Of a stretch of 64,000 nucleotides of DNA, positions 51,249 through 64,000 are shown piece by piece. The notes below the pieces were generated by a model. That model saw only the letters and a list, made by a program, of their open reading frames with translations, did no database searches and was not told the origin of the DNA. The DNA is from the human T2T-CHM13v2.0 reference genome, Homo sapiens: assembly GCF_009914755.1 (NCBI RefSeq), contig NC_060927.1, one strand, 5' to 3'. A program made the translations under genes and the position numbers. How positions within the stretch are numbered: the stretch's first letter is position 1; every line of letters begins with the position of its first letter.

Positions 51249-51589
51249 CAGATTTGGCCCTTTGTATTCGTGGGTTTTGCCTCCATGGGTTCCACTTACC
51301 ATGGATTGAAAATATTAGGAAAAAAAAGGATAGTTATTTCTGTACTATGCATATACAGATTTTTTTTGGTCATTATTCCCTAAACAAAACAGTAGAACAA
51401 CTATTTACATAACATTTACATTGTATTAAGTATTAAAAGTAATCTAGAGATGATTTAAAATATACAGGAGTAGGTTATATGCATCTGCTACCCCATTTTA
51501 TATAAGGGACTTGAACCTCTATGGATTCTGGTATCCACAGGGGTCCTAGACCCAATCTCCAATTTTCCATAGATACCAAGGGATAACTG
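51249..51589. mobile_element. MER2-like (TcMar-Tigger)
   Basis: ttggccctttgtattcgtgggtt...taatctagagatgatttaaa...gataccaagggataactg-ta. Confidence 0.75.
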
Positions 51590-54500
51590 TATATAAGAAA
51601 CACTTTTGTATAAGTTATTAACTAGTTGCCTATTTCTATTGATATTTGGAGACATTTTGGCAAAGATTGTTAGGTTACAGAGAGGCTGTGTGCTGTGGTG
51701 AAAAAAAATTCGATCACGAATCAGAAAACACGGTTTTTCCATTCATCTATTAACTAGCTGTTTGGCCTAAGATCTTGGCCTTTCAGAGCTTGTTTCTTCA
51801 CCTGCAAAATTTCTAATACAACTCCCAAATGCTGAGATTCCTAGTATGTTAAAGCCTGTTTTTTTATTTCAGGGAAGAGTAAGTAAATCACTCCCTAGAG
51901 AGAAGACAGTCTAGCTCAGTTTGTTGTATTTTCAGAAGCTAAGATCATTTTGTCTGCCTGTTTATAAATTTGCACATATTTTAAAGGTCCTTGTGTGAAA
52001 TTCTGTGGCAGAGAAAAGCTGCCATTGGAAAAGAATGGAGTGGAAGGATTTTCCCCCCTTTTTTGAAACCGTTAGTGACTTTGGAGAATAAATTGCTACA
52101 GGTGTGGTCAAAATTTTGGTTACTGGCACTGGGAGCAATTAAATGACTGCCAGACATTGAGAGTAGGTCATCTACTGCACACCAGTTGCCAGGGTTATAA
52201 AGGCCAGCAGACTTGTCACAGCACCCTTAATAGCCACTGGCCATCATCCTTACTTGTTAAAGACTTCTAGGAAAGTATATTCCATATTTCCCTTGGTAAC
52301 TCATCCCTCTAGGTGGTTTTCAGAAAATGTGTTCTAATCTTAGAAACATAAATCTGTAGGCATGGTAAGCCTCTTTTTTCTAGGTCTATCCTCAGTTGTG
52401 CAGATAAGTATGTGGAAAGATAACAGAAATCATTGTATTTGATCAGAAAGCAGTGATGTTTATGCTATTGATTTATTGTTTTTTTCTGTTAATATTCAAA
52501 TTACCTTCAACTTTTGAATATTTTTTAACCAGCACACTGCTCAGGTAATGAGATATTATTTAGAGTTATTTTGAGGATGTACTCATTTTTCAACAAGCTA
52601 AGCATATTTCTGCAGCTTGTTTTTCTTTGAGAGTTCTTGCTTTTCCAAGTTCTTTTTCCTGATGGACTTATGGCAGGTCTAGACCTGAAAGTACTATTGT
52701 ATTTCAAAACAACTGACTGCCTTTAGCCCCACAGTGACTGAACTGTATTTTTTTCTTAGGAGGTTAATGTCTTTGGCAAGCTAAACATCCTTGGAATTTT
52801 TTGCTAAGTCAGCCACTATTTTGTGAATATAGATTTATGGAGTATATCATCAAATTCAAAGCAGCATTAATGGGAAAATTTGCGGAAAAAATATTGAAAT
52901 TAGACACTACTTACAAACTCCAATCTGAAATGAAACCATACATGACAGCAGGGAAAGGAAAGAATTACATTTTGGAACCCTAACTTTTATGCATATAAAT
53001 ATCAATGCATAGTAATGTCATTTTAAAGTTATATGCCTTCTGAAGCTTTTCTTAAAATCTAATGGCTACTATTATTTGCAGTTGAGACCATGATAGGCAG
53101 CATCTTATGGTATTTATGAAAGTGATATTTGTGTTCTTTTTTCTAACTATATACCAATTGTAAAAGTTGAACATGACTTTTTCAAAGCAGTTTCTATACT
53201 TGATAATAACAGTGGTAGTAAAACTCAGAACAGTTTAAAATATTAGTAATTTTACAGTGTAGAGACTTTTCTTCACTAGAAATGACCAGCTTTCAGATTT
53301 CTTAGTGATATTATGAGACTCTAGATTTCTTCAAAATCATTTTGAGTAAATCTACCAGTGTATAACTGCTAAAGCACAGTTAAATGTATCATGCTGTGGT
53401 CTTTTTTGTTTGTTTGTTTGGTATAAATATCAGACATATATGTTTGTTTACTCTAAAACTAATTTTTTTTACCAATCAAAATTGAGGCACGTAATCTGAC
53501 AATGGGACAGGATATTTGCAGTCAGGATAGTCTTAGAAAAGCCACAAAATATGGTCGATGTACTTAGACTTCTTTAATTTTCCTTGCCTTTTCCTAAATA
53601 TATCTCATAATGATTAAGAGCATGTTCTCTAGAGTCAGACTATCGAGATTACTAGTTTTGTAACTTTGGGAAAGTTATTTAACCTGCTAAATATTCTCCG
53701 GGTAATACGTATTTCTTCATTTGTAAATGAGGGGTAATAACTACCTACATCACAATGTTGTAATGAGGATTAAATAAATAATACTTGAAAGCATTTAGTA
53801 AAGTGTGTTGTACATAGTAAGCACTCAGTAAGTATCTGTGAACTCCTTGAGAGTAAGAACCATGTTACATTCATCCATTTATTTGGGTGCTTTAACATTA
53901 TGAAGTGAATTGAATTCTGTCCCTTCCAAGAATTTACCAGTGGATCCGATTTCTGGATAGTGGGCAATAAGGTTGCCTTCAAACAAGTTTAGAGTAGTTT
54001 TCAGTTCTTTACAATACTGCTTGCTTTTTATTCGTTAAAACTTTTAAAATTTCATTCTAGCTCTAGGAATCTGAATGCTATTTCATACCTACTCCTAAGG
54101 GAAGTTAGCATATGGATATTTAGTTTAATAGGAATGAGGAATTAATGGACAGAAGGTATTAAGTAAGTGAATGTACAATTTTCACATCTAGTCTGTGCTT
54201 CCTGTGGATTGATTTTCCCTGTCCATTCCTGGAATCTTCGAATTCCCAGCACTTATCTTAATAGCACTCTACCATTGAAGCAGTTTTGTTTTGTGCTGTT
54301 AGATACTTCCTTTCCCTGTCTTGTCTTTTTTTCATGCACTAAAGACAAGAGTTGTGTCGTATTGTCACATAGTCCTTATATTACAGGGCTTTTAAAGAAA
54401 TCTCACGTCCTGTTTTCAAGCTGCTTGTATCTTGTTTGTCCATTCTACTTGCTATGAAGTCTTTATTGAATATAATATTAAACTCTTTTGCATATCATTG

Positions 54501-55510
54501 TTTGTTACCTAGGACACTCAATGGACATGTGTAAACTTTACAAGTCATTTATGTAAAAATAAGGAAAGCAACCATGTGTTTTAATTATTTCCATCAGTTC
54601 AATCTCTAAGTCTTTGCCTTTAATTACCAAACAGCTATGTGGTGCCACTGATACGAGTTTCTGTGGTATCGGCTACCTGGTTTTAGTACTGTTGTTACTA
54701 CTTTATGTAAATGAGACTATTCACTCATATTTAAGTTTGTGGAAAATGTATATATGTTCTTGCGTTTTAGCAGTTTTGGCTAGACTGCTCTTGATGGTCA
54801 TGCAGGGTAACTTACTTTTCTAAAGTTGATGATTTCATGGTCTGTATTTCTCATATACCAGGATAATAGTAAAATCTACACACTTTAAAAAACTACATAT
54901 GTTGTTGTTAACATATATGGAGGTTTCTTCAGAAATTATCTGCGATTTTTGTTGTAATTGTTTTCATTGTTGTGTGCTTTTAAAGAATGACTTTTATTAA
55001 GCATGCTTCCAAGCTTTTTTGTACATGAAAAACTGCATATAATTTTGTCTCTTTTAGGGGGTGATATGTACAATGAAAAAATAACATGACATTGGATTGC
55101 CCTGGGGCTGACCAAGAGTTTGTTTCCATAGTAAGGGATTATGACTAATTTAGGCATTGAAGTTAAGAATTTATTACTTATTTTTAAATGACATCACGAA
55201 GAGTTACAGCTGAAACCCATGGAAGAAGTTTTCTTGATTTTTCTATATGTACACACAAATGTGTATTTTGAATTCCCATAAACCCAAACTTTAATATAAA
55301 CCTGAGGAGGGGGAGCATTATGGACTTTGTATATGCTGCCTCCCTTAATCCTCACAATAACACTTCTGATACATGTGTAATCACTTCATTTCCATGATTA
55401 GGAAAATGAAGTCCCACATCAAATTAATACAGTAGAATCTCACCTCATTTATTTTACATGAAATCAACTGTACCTACTCAGTCAAACATAAAAACGTGAC
55501 AAAAATAATA

Positions 55511-56106
55511 CAGTCATGTGTAGCTTTACAGTGGCAATATGTTGTGAGAAATGCATCATTAGATGATTTCATCATTGTGCAGACACCACAGAGTGTACCG
55601 ACACAAACTTAGATGGTATAGCTTACTAAACACCTATGCTATCTGGTACAGCCTGTTACTCCTGGGCTACAAACCTGTACAGTATATTACTATACTGAAT
55701 ACCATAGGAAAATGTAACACAGTGGTATTTGTATATATAAATATATCTAAACATAGAAAAGGTACAGTAAAATACGGTGTAAAAAATTTTAAAAATGGTA
55801 TGCATGTATAAAGCCTTACCGTAAGTGAAGCTTGCAAGACTAGAAGTTACTCTGGGTGAGTTGGTGAGTGAGTGGTGAGTGAATGTGAAGGCCCACGACA
55901 TTACTACACACTACCGTAGACTTGATGAACACTGCACCCTTAGGCTACACTAGATTTTTTAAAAAGTAAAGTAATTGCGCTACAATGTTATGACAGCTAT
56001 GATGTCACTAAATGATGAGAGTTTGTCAGCTCCATTAATCTTACGGGATCACTGTTGTATATGTAGTCCACAGTTGACCAGAACATTGTTATGTAGCACA
56101 TAACTA
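55511..56106. mobile_element. Tigger3-family element
   Basis: ta-cagtcatgtg...tgagaaatgcatcattagatgatttcatcattgtgc...cattgttatgtagcacataact. Confidence 0.8.
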
Positions 56107-57241
56107 ATGTAAATATTGCAAATCACATCTGACTACTGAGCTTTTGCTTCAAAGTAGACACTTAAAGATAAGAATTTGCCATCCTTTCAGTTGGTCTCAG
56201 TGCCTAGGTCTAGGTATGTTACATTTTGTTGTGTTGAGTGTGATTCTGTTATTCAGACATGTAATGTTCATACAACATGGCCTCTAATACCCAGCCTGTA
56301 GTGCCCAACCAAAGAAACAGCAGTTTGATCCGGTGCTGGAAGAGAAACTGCTGTTTGGGCTTGCTGAGCAATTGTATTGGTCTCCAATGTGGCCTGCAGA
56401 TATGGCAACAAGAAACTGTCATGTATTCTCTTTGATATACACACGTGTGCACCCCACATGTAAGCCTTCACCCTTCTTAATTCTATGTATATTTTATATA
56501 TTGTGTATATAGTTCTATTGTTTTAGATTGCTATATGTGCATTATATCTTTGTACAACACACAATTTTGTACAGTGTGGTATACAAAAACCACATACATT
56601 ATACTTTATGGATGACTTGAGATTTTTCAAGAAAAATGTCGATTCTGTACAATCATAGACTCTGTTTGTTTGCACATACTCATTTCTAGAACATGGCACC
56701 CCAGAAATACCTCTTTCAGTTACTAGCTACTTAGTACCAACTTTTCAGGCTCACAAAACAGTAGTTTGTTCAATGTTACATAGTAGGCAAATTACTATTA
56801 TGGTTCTGATCTAGAATTATAAGCAAACGTGCTGTTTCATTGCATCAGACCTTCCCTTCTTCCTCGGTGTAAGAGAGATCAAGTCTTCTTGGCTCAGTAG
56901 CAATGTCTTCTGTCCAGCTAGCAAGAATGGCACAGGAGGCTCAGGGTACACTTCTCATTACAAGGCCTTAAGGGAAGTGCTGCTTCTCCACACAGAGCAG
57001 ATAGGACAAAAATTGGGTGTTTGCACAAAGGGAGCAATGATTCCATAAGGAGGTGAAAGTAACACATAGATTTGTCACCTTATTTACATTTTCTATCTTC
57101 TTGTCTCTAGGCAAAGGGGGTAACAGAAACCTGCTTAGTGTTTTTATAAAGTAAATTCTGCCTAGTATCATTGAATTTCCTTTAGCACATCCATAGACAT
57201 ACAACAGAACAGATAGGAGAAAGAAACATAAATAACAGGAA

Positions 57242-57528
57242 GTGCTGGGCGTGGTGGCTCACGCCTGTAATTCCAGCACTTTGGGAGGCCGAGGCGGGCA
57301 GATCACTTGAGGTCAGGAGTTTAAGACCACCCTGGCCAACATGGCAAAACCCCGTCTCTACCAAAAATACAAAAAATTAGCTGGGCGTGGTGGCGCGTGC
57401 CTGTAATCCCAGCTATCGGGAGGCTTAGGCAGCAGAATCGCTTAAACCCAGGAGTTGGAGGTTGCGGTGAGCTGAGATCACGCCACTGCACTCCAGCCTG
57501 GGTGACAGAATGAGACTCTGTCTCAAAA
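57242..57528 (+). mobile_element. AluS
   Basis: Dimeric Alu with a very short tail. Confidence 0.9.
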
Positions 57529-58189
57529 AGTGATAATAATAAAGAGATAACAGAAAGTCCAGTGGTCACAGGACCAGATGTTTTGAGATGCTTGTAATTC
57601 CAAATGTTCCATTTCCATACTGTTCTAATATGACTCAAGTAATTCATCTGGGGAATGAAACAGATTTTTCAAAAGCGCCTTCAGAATTTGGGCTGAGAAA
57701 ATATCACTATATGTATATTTATATTTTTTTAAAAAGCTGAGTGATTAAACATTATTTCCTGTTTATTCAATATACCCTATAATTGACAATGTGGTAGACC
57801 CTGGGTATATAATGGTAAACAACACAAACATACTCTGTGATTGTACGGTCAACGTTTTCCTTGAAAAATCTCTTTAATTACTCATAAAGTACAATGTATA
57901 TAGTTTTTATATATCACCTTGTACAGAAATATACATTTTATCTCTGTATAAAACATACAGAAATCTGAAACATGATGAAGTTATATATGCAATGTATGCA
58001 ATACATGTATTTAAAAGTGTGAATTTATGTGTATATATATATGTATCAAAGAGAATACACATGCACAGATGATAGTTTGTTGTGGCCATATTAAGCCATC
58101 TTTGCATTTTAAGGATAATTTCTACTTGTAGAAATTATCTACAAGTAGATAAACACATTATCTAAACACATGTTGTAGAGTCACACTCT

Positions 58190-58316
58190 GCCACACCCAT
58201 CTAATTTTTCATATTTTTGGTAGAGACAGGGTTTCGCCATGTTGCCCAGGCTGGTCTTGAACTCCTGGGCTCGAGCAGTCTGCCTACCTCAGTCTCCCAA
58301 AGTGTTGGGATTACAT
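58190..58316 (-). mobile_element. Alu left-arm fragment (AluJ-like)
   Basis: ttggtagagacagggtttcgccatgttgcccagg...cccaaagtgttgggattaca. Confidence 0.8.
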
Positions 58317-58349
58317 GCCTAAGTTAGACTTAATATCATACCCGGCCTG

Positions 58350-60050
58350 GTATGATAGGATTTCATTCCTAGGAAAACCAAGAGTCAACTGAGAAATTGT
58401 TAGAATGAATAAGAATTCTAGAGTAAATAGATGTAAGGCAAATATTTAAAAATCAATAGTTCTTCCTTATGATAGCAGTAATTGTTTAGAAAACGGGAAA
58501 AAAACCCATTTAGAATAGTAACAGAAAATATAAAATTATAAATGAGCCAATGTGAAGAAACCTAAAAATCTACTTGGATGTTGGAGGTTACAGGGAAAGG
58601 AATATCATGTTTCTGAATGGGAAGTCCAGCAATTACAGATACCAGTTTTCCTCATTAAATTACAGGTTTAGCCTAATTCTCTTCTTTAAAAAAAAAAAAG
58701 TGAGAAATTAGCAAGGTAATTTTTAATTTTGTCTGAGAAACTATAAACAGATAAAAGTAAGGTATCTTTTGAGTGGAAAATGAAGGACAGAGCGCTAACC
58801 CTGTAGCTTATTAGCTATCAAAATATACAATACAATTAGAGTAAATGAAAGAGTTGAATACTGGCATACACATTGATAGTAAAATTGGTAAAAGGGAATA
58901 GAGATCCCAGAAACACTCTAAATATGATAAAGAAGTAATCAGAAATTAGGAGAAAAAGGAAAACTAAGATTTGTTTTTGAGAGTATTAAATACTTAGGAA
59001 AATAGACTTTTGAATCTTTATTTCATCTTACATACCAAAATAAAGTCTAGGTAAGTTGAAGAGTTAATTGGAAAAGAGTAAACTTATGCCTAGTGTCATT
59101 TTAAAAAGACATTTATGTGAATGGGGAAATACTTTCCAAAGCTTCAAGAATTGTAAGTACTCAAAAGGAGGAACAATCATTCGTTCGACTCTCAAATAAG
59201 ATTGGGGCATGGCAATGTGCCCCCTCTAGTCCAAGCTACTCAGGAGACTGAGGCAGGAAGACTGCTTGACCCCCGGAGTTTAAATGCAGCCTGCTAGCAA
59301 GACTCCCTATCTTTAAAAAAACAAAAAAAGAAAAAAATCTCTTTCTCTCACCTCCTCTCCCCCCAACCCCCATACAAGTGAACAAATTAAAAGATGTGCA
59401 GACCAGGATTAGAGTTCTGCAAAAATTCAATAGATGTTTGTCTTTAAATTTTTACTACAAATACTTTCAAAAGCACCATGACCCATATGGATGAATGAGC
59501 AAAGAATTTGAGAAGTTGGGCTCATTTACTAAAGAGGAAATGCAGGTACAAGCATAAGGGACATGTTTTTCCCTGACAGGTAATTGAAGAAGTGAAATTT
59601 TAATATGTAGTGATTTTTTTTTTTTTACTTTTTGAGTTAGCAGAAGTATTTTTCTAATGATGTTTTTGCTGGTGAGGGTGCCATGCAATGTGCTTGTCCA
59701 TTTATTTCCATTGACAGTCTGAATTGGTTTAACCCTTTCGAAAAGCACGTGAACAATTTGCATGCCTTTAAAATCAACATACAGTTTGACCCAATAATTC
59801 TCTTTGCAGCATTAGATATAATAATTTACAACAGCTTATGTATTTAACAACTAAACTGTTTAACATCTCCCGTGGAAATAGGTTGTCATAGAAAATGTTT
59901 ATGAAGAGTTTACAATAATTTGCGGAAATGTTTTTGTAGTGAAAAAAGATACAAAATTATGTATACTATATGAGTACAAGTATACAAAACTATAGAAAAC
60001 AAAGAAATAAACCAAAAATATCCAGACAAAACTGTAAGAGAATACATAAA
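58350..60050. mobile_element. Highly degraded L1ME-like fragments with an Alu monomer near 59200-59340
   Basis: A-rich ORF2/3' UTR-like remnants; monomer caggagactgaggcaggaagactgcttga. Confidence 0.45.
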
Positions 60051-60413
60051 AGATGCTAATATGGTGTCTTAGGTACGTTTTCTTTTGGTTTCATCATTCA
60101 TCTGTGCACCGCTATATTTCCGATACTTACAGAGCACAATCCCAGGCCCATAATAGACCTTTCAGTCAGTGCTTAAGTGAATAAATTTCTGTAATAAACA
60201 TGGGATTCATTTACATTGAAAGAAATATGAATACACTTTCCATCCAAGTTAAGAAAAGGAAAAATGTGGGAAGCACTCTAGAAAGGAAACTGATTAATAC
60301 CTTACAATTAGATTTTGTTTTCAGAATGTTTTCACATCTCTATTTTATGCGATCCTTTTCTGTTCTAATTTAATAATATCATTACTTACCTAAGTTAGAA
60401 ATTTGTGCTAACC

Positions 60414-60722
60414 GGCTGGGCGTGGTGCCTCATGCCTGTAATCCCAGCACTTTGGGAGGCCAAGGCGGGTGGATAACCTGAGGTCAGGAGTTCAAGACCA
60501 AGCCTGACCAACATGGCAAAACCCCGTCTCTACTAAAAAATATAAAATTAGCCAGGCATGGTGGCGCATACCTGTAATTCCAGCTACTCAGAAGGCTGAG
60601 GCAGAAGAATCACTTGAACCCAGGAGGCGGAGGTAGCAGTGAGCCAAGATTGCGCCATTGTACTCCAGCCTGGGCAACAAGAGTGAAACTCTGTCTTAAA
60701 AAAAAAAAGAAAAAGAAAAAAG
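60414..60722 (+). mobile_element. AluS
   Basis: Dimeric Alu; TSD agaaatttgtgctaacc/agaaatttctgctaacc. Confidence 0.92.
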
Positions 60723-61214
60723 AAATTTCTGCTAACCTTGATTCTATCCCTTTTGACCTGCCAAATCCAACTGATTACCAAATCTTGGGTATTCTTTCTT
60801 AGAAATGTCTCTGGATTTTAGCCCCATCTTTTCTCATAATCACTGCCTTAGTTTATTCCTTTCTCATTTCACTTTACTGTCCCTACCTGTCCTTCTACCT
60901 TTCTACTCTCCTCTTTTACTTTCCACACTGCTGTAAAAATTGTCAGGTAAATAGCAGAATTTTGTGTGTGTGCTATTATAAATAGGCTGTATGGAAGAGA
61001 CTGGGGGGAGATTAACACTGCTTTCACACTGCTATTACAATAATCACCCTAAAATACAAAATTGATCTGCTTAAAGCTTAGTAATTCCTTATGACCTATA
61101 TTGATGCTTCTCAAACTTGGGTTGTATAAGATCACCCAGGAGACTTGATAATGTGCAAATTATCCAGACCCTAGAAATTCTGGTTGAGTGGATCCATAGT
61201 ACTGGGAACCTGAA

Positions 61215-61385
61215 TTTTATTTTTATTTTAATTTTTTGAAACAAGAGTCTCACTGTGACACCCAGGCTGGAGTGCAGTGGCTGATCATAACTCACTGCAG
61301 CCTTGAACTCCTGGGCTTAAGTAGTCCTCCCACCTCCACCTCCCAAAGCCTTAAGATTGCAGGCATGAGCCACTGTGTTGAGCCT
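61215..61385 (-). mobile_element. Alu monomer (FRAM/AluJ-like) inside a MER5-like element
   Basis: Antisense monomer flanked by the TSD ggaacctgaatttt. Confidence 0.78.
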
Positions 61386-64000
61386 GGAACCTGAATTTTA
61401 ATAAGGCTTCCCTCTCATGATCCTTACGCATATGATCCCAGGACAAGATGTTGAAGAACAGACCTTGGGATAACATGCAGTCTCATTAATTTACTGTAAT
61501 TCTCACAATTTGGCATCAGCCTTCTTTTCTGTGCTCATTTTCTACATTTTTTTCTCATGGACACCTTACAGTCTAGTCACTCTGAACTGCTACATGCTCA
61601 CCTAGGTTATTGTGGACCCCTGTTCTTGTGCTCATGCTGTTCTGTGGTTCACAGCCTTTTTTGCTATGGCTTCTCCTACTCAGTAACATGTTGATCTTGG
61701 TACACTATCTTCAGCTTATATGTAATCTGAGTAAAGTATTCCCAGACTCACTCTCCTAGACAAAGTCTATCTCTCCCTCTTCTGTATTTCCATAGCCTCT
61801 ATTACAACACACATATACTAAATTACACTTCTTTTCATACCTTCCTCACTAGACCATGAACCTCTTGAAGTCAGGGATGCCATATTTTAGATCTTTTATT
61901 TAATCTTAGAGTAAAAGCCTGGCACAAAATAATTGCATGCTAAATATTTGTCAAATCATTAACAATCCAATAAAGAAGGCAAGGAGTAATTAGTCCCATT
62001 TTCAGTGAGGAAAATGATATCTTGAGAAATTAAGTATTTGCTTTTAATTACCCAGCTTGTAAGCGTAGGCTCAAGACTTACACATAAGAAATCTGGCTTC
62101 TTTTCTGGTTTTGGTCTTTACAGAAAAGATAGAGAATAACTGTAAAATTACCCCTTCCATTTTTACCCACACGGCTCACATGTTCATTTAAATTACCCCC
62201 TCCATTTTCTACCCATAAAGCTCACATATTAGTTTATGTTTTATCATTTTATGGGTAAAGGTGTTTTAATAAACTTTTACATCATATTCACACTTTATAA
62301 AAATAAAATAATGCCTATTCCTCTAGGGTATGAACAGATTGCTGGATATTAAGCCATTTGTCTCTCACTTTCACATCTAACCTTCTTTACTCTGCTTTGT
62401 AATGCTTATTTATTTCTCTTGCAGAAAGCATGTTATAGTGCCTTATGGGATGTCTACAAATATTTGTTTAATCAAATTGAGCTAATATTTATGTAGGAAA
62501 CATTTTATTCTGCAACAATTAAGGCAAACAGATATATGTGTGTAAGTATTCACATGGGTTTCCACTGTAGTTTTGAAAGCTCAGTTTCCAAAGTTTAGAT
62601 GTGTTTAGCCTTACTGTAGACTTCACTCTTAAGGTGTTGATGGAAATCAACAACCAGCTGCAAAATTCAGATCCAGTATGCCATAGGATACATGTAGCCA
62701 CGGTTTAAACCAAATGTTAGCAATGAAATATTTAGTAGCAACTGTTCTTTTAAAAGAAACATTTTAGATAATTAGAGTCGTCTTGTAATATCTTATACCC
62801 AGCTGTCAGCTTTTTACTTTTTCTGCCAATATTTCTGGAACTGAAACCAAGAAAATGGAAATTAGGGCACCACACTTTGAAATGTATTAAACACTTGAAA
62901 AACTGTTATATCTTATAGGATTTCCAAAAAGAGTTCTTCAGTGCCTCAGAAGATTTTTATAAAAAGCAATTATCTACAATAACCCTCCCCAGTATTAAGC
63001 TGAAATATACACATACCTTAGTAAATAATAGGAGCATTTGGGAAGTGGAAGAATTGCCTCTTAATAGCTACTGGACTTGAAGATTATTAAATTTGAGCAT
63101 TCTAATTCCATTTTTGAAAGTTTCTGATATTGTTTCTTAATTTTGTTACCATGTTTAATCAGTATCTCACTAGCCTTTCATTCATTTCTTTAGCTTCTGT
63201 TACTATCTTTCTACTTTTAAGATACTCATATCTTCATTTTCTGCCACATCAACTTTCAGTAATATTCCTGATTCCTCACTATGTTAGACAGTGATAATAG
63301 TGTCTCATTCTTCCTTTCAAGTCTTTCCCACCCTTCTACAAAATGTTATATATAATTACTTTTTAAATTGTCAAGTATTGATAACATTTGCATTCTGTTC
63401 TATAACCATATTTAAATCCTCTTTCTTTTTAACTATAGATAGATTGTAATAGTTGAACCTAGTACTATTTACATTAATATTATATAAAAATGTTTCACTT
63501 TACAACCAAGTAGAGTGCTACAGTTGGATTTCTTTCTCTGAATCTGTGTCCAGCATCATGAACTACGCAATGAATATTCTTTGCATTCAGATCATATGGT
63601 TTATCTTTTCATATATTCCACATACTGCTCAAAATTGTGCTCTTTTGCTTCATTTTTAGCATGATGTTATACATTTTTTGTTTTCCCCTAAAGTTTCCAA
63701 TTACTTTTCTTTTTTCTATTGTGAAAACCATAAAAACGGTATTCAGCGTGCCATTAGTGCTGCTGGACTCCTCAGTTCTTCATCTGTTGCTTCAAACCTG
63801 TTGTATTGTTTTTCCTGAATACTTTTTACTCTGGAATTCAGATTTCATCTTCAAGTTTGGGCATATTACTTTCTGTAATTAAAGTTTATCTCAGGACTGC
63901 TTTTTCTTAATGATTTGTTTACGTTATTTGACCACTGGTTCAGTTCCACCATTTCTAGCATGTGGTCTCTTCCTCTTTCTTGACCTCCACCTTTGGTTGG

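Larger units (their letters stand above)
44432..64000 (+). other. PIK3CA: PIK3CA intron 1 (continues beyond the window)
   Basis: Starts GTGAGT; AT-rich with old repeats; no p110-alpha coding sequence (MPPRPSSGELW) in the ORF track. Confidence 0.88.

Noticed and set aside
45000-64000. Additional alternative exons in intron 1
   Set aside because: Several donor-like GT sites exist, but none could be tied to a convincing exon from sequence alone.

Overview
Human genomic DNA containing the 5' end of PIK3CA (3q26.3). I recognise the non-coding first exon from memory of its mRNA 5' UTR: about 44185-44431 on +, inside a CpG island. The rest of the window downstream is intron 1, and no PIK3CA coding exon is present. 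The 44 kb upstream is mostly transposon-derived; about 13.3-41.0 kb is a near-continuous nest of LINE-1 copies. Two young insertions stand out. (1) A human-specific SVA_F1 (15283-17934, +) whose 5' end is a spliced piece of MAST2 exon 1, with a perfect 14-bp TSD. (2) A full-length L1PA3-type element (22547-28694, -) that retains the 129-bp ZNF93-target segment, carries an apparent 60-bp 3' transduction, and has an antisense promoter and open, extended ORF0 pointing toward PIK3CA. I found no novel protein-coding gene: all long ORFs derive from L1, SVA, Alu or GC-rich sequence. I cannot claim a new biological system from sequence alone. The best candidates are regulatory: an L1 antisense-promoter route into PIK3CA, a KRAB-ZNF-controlled SVA/L1 block, and a two-first-exon promoter with a FOXO site, a bidirectional poly(A) signal and a uORF. 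Repeat subfamily names were assigned by eye and should be confirmed with RepeatMasker/Dfam.
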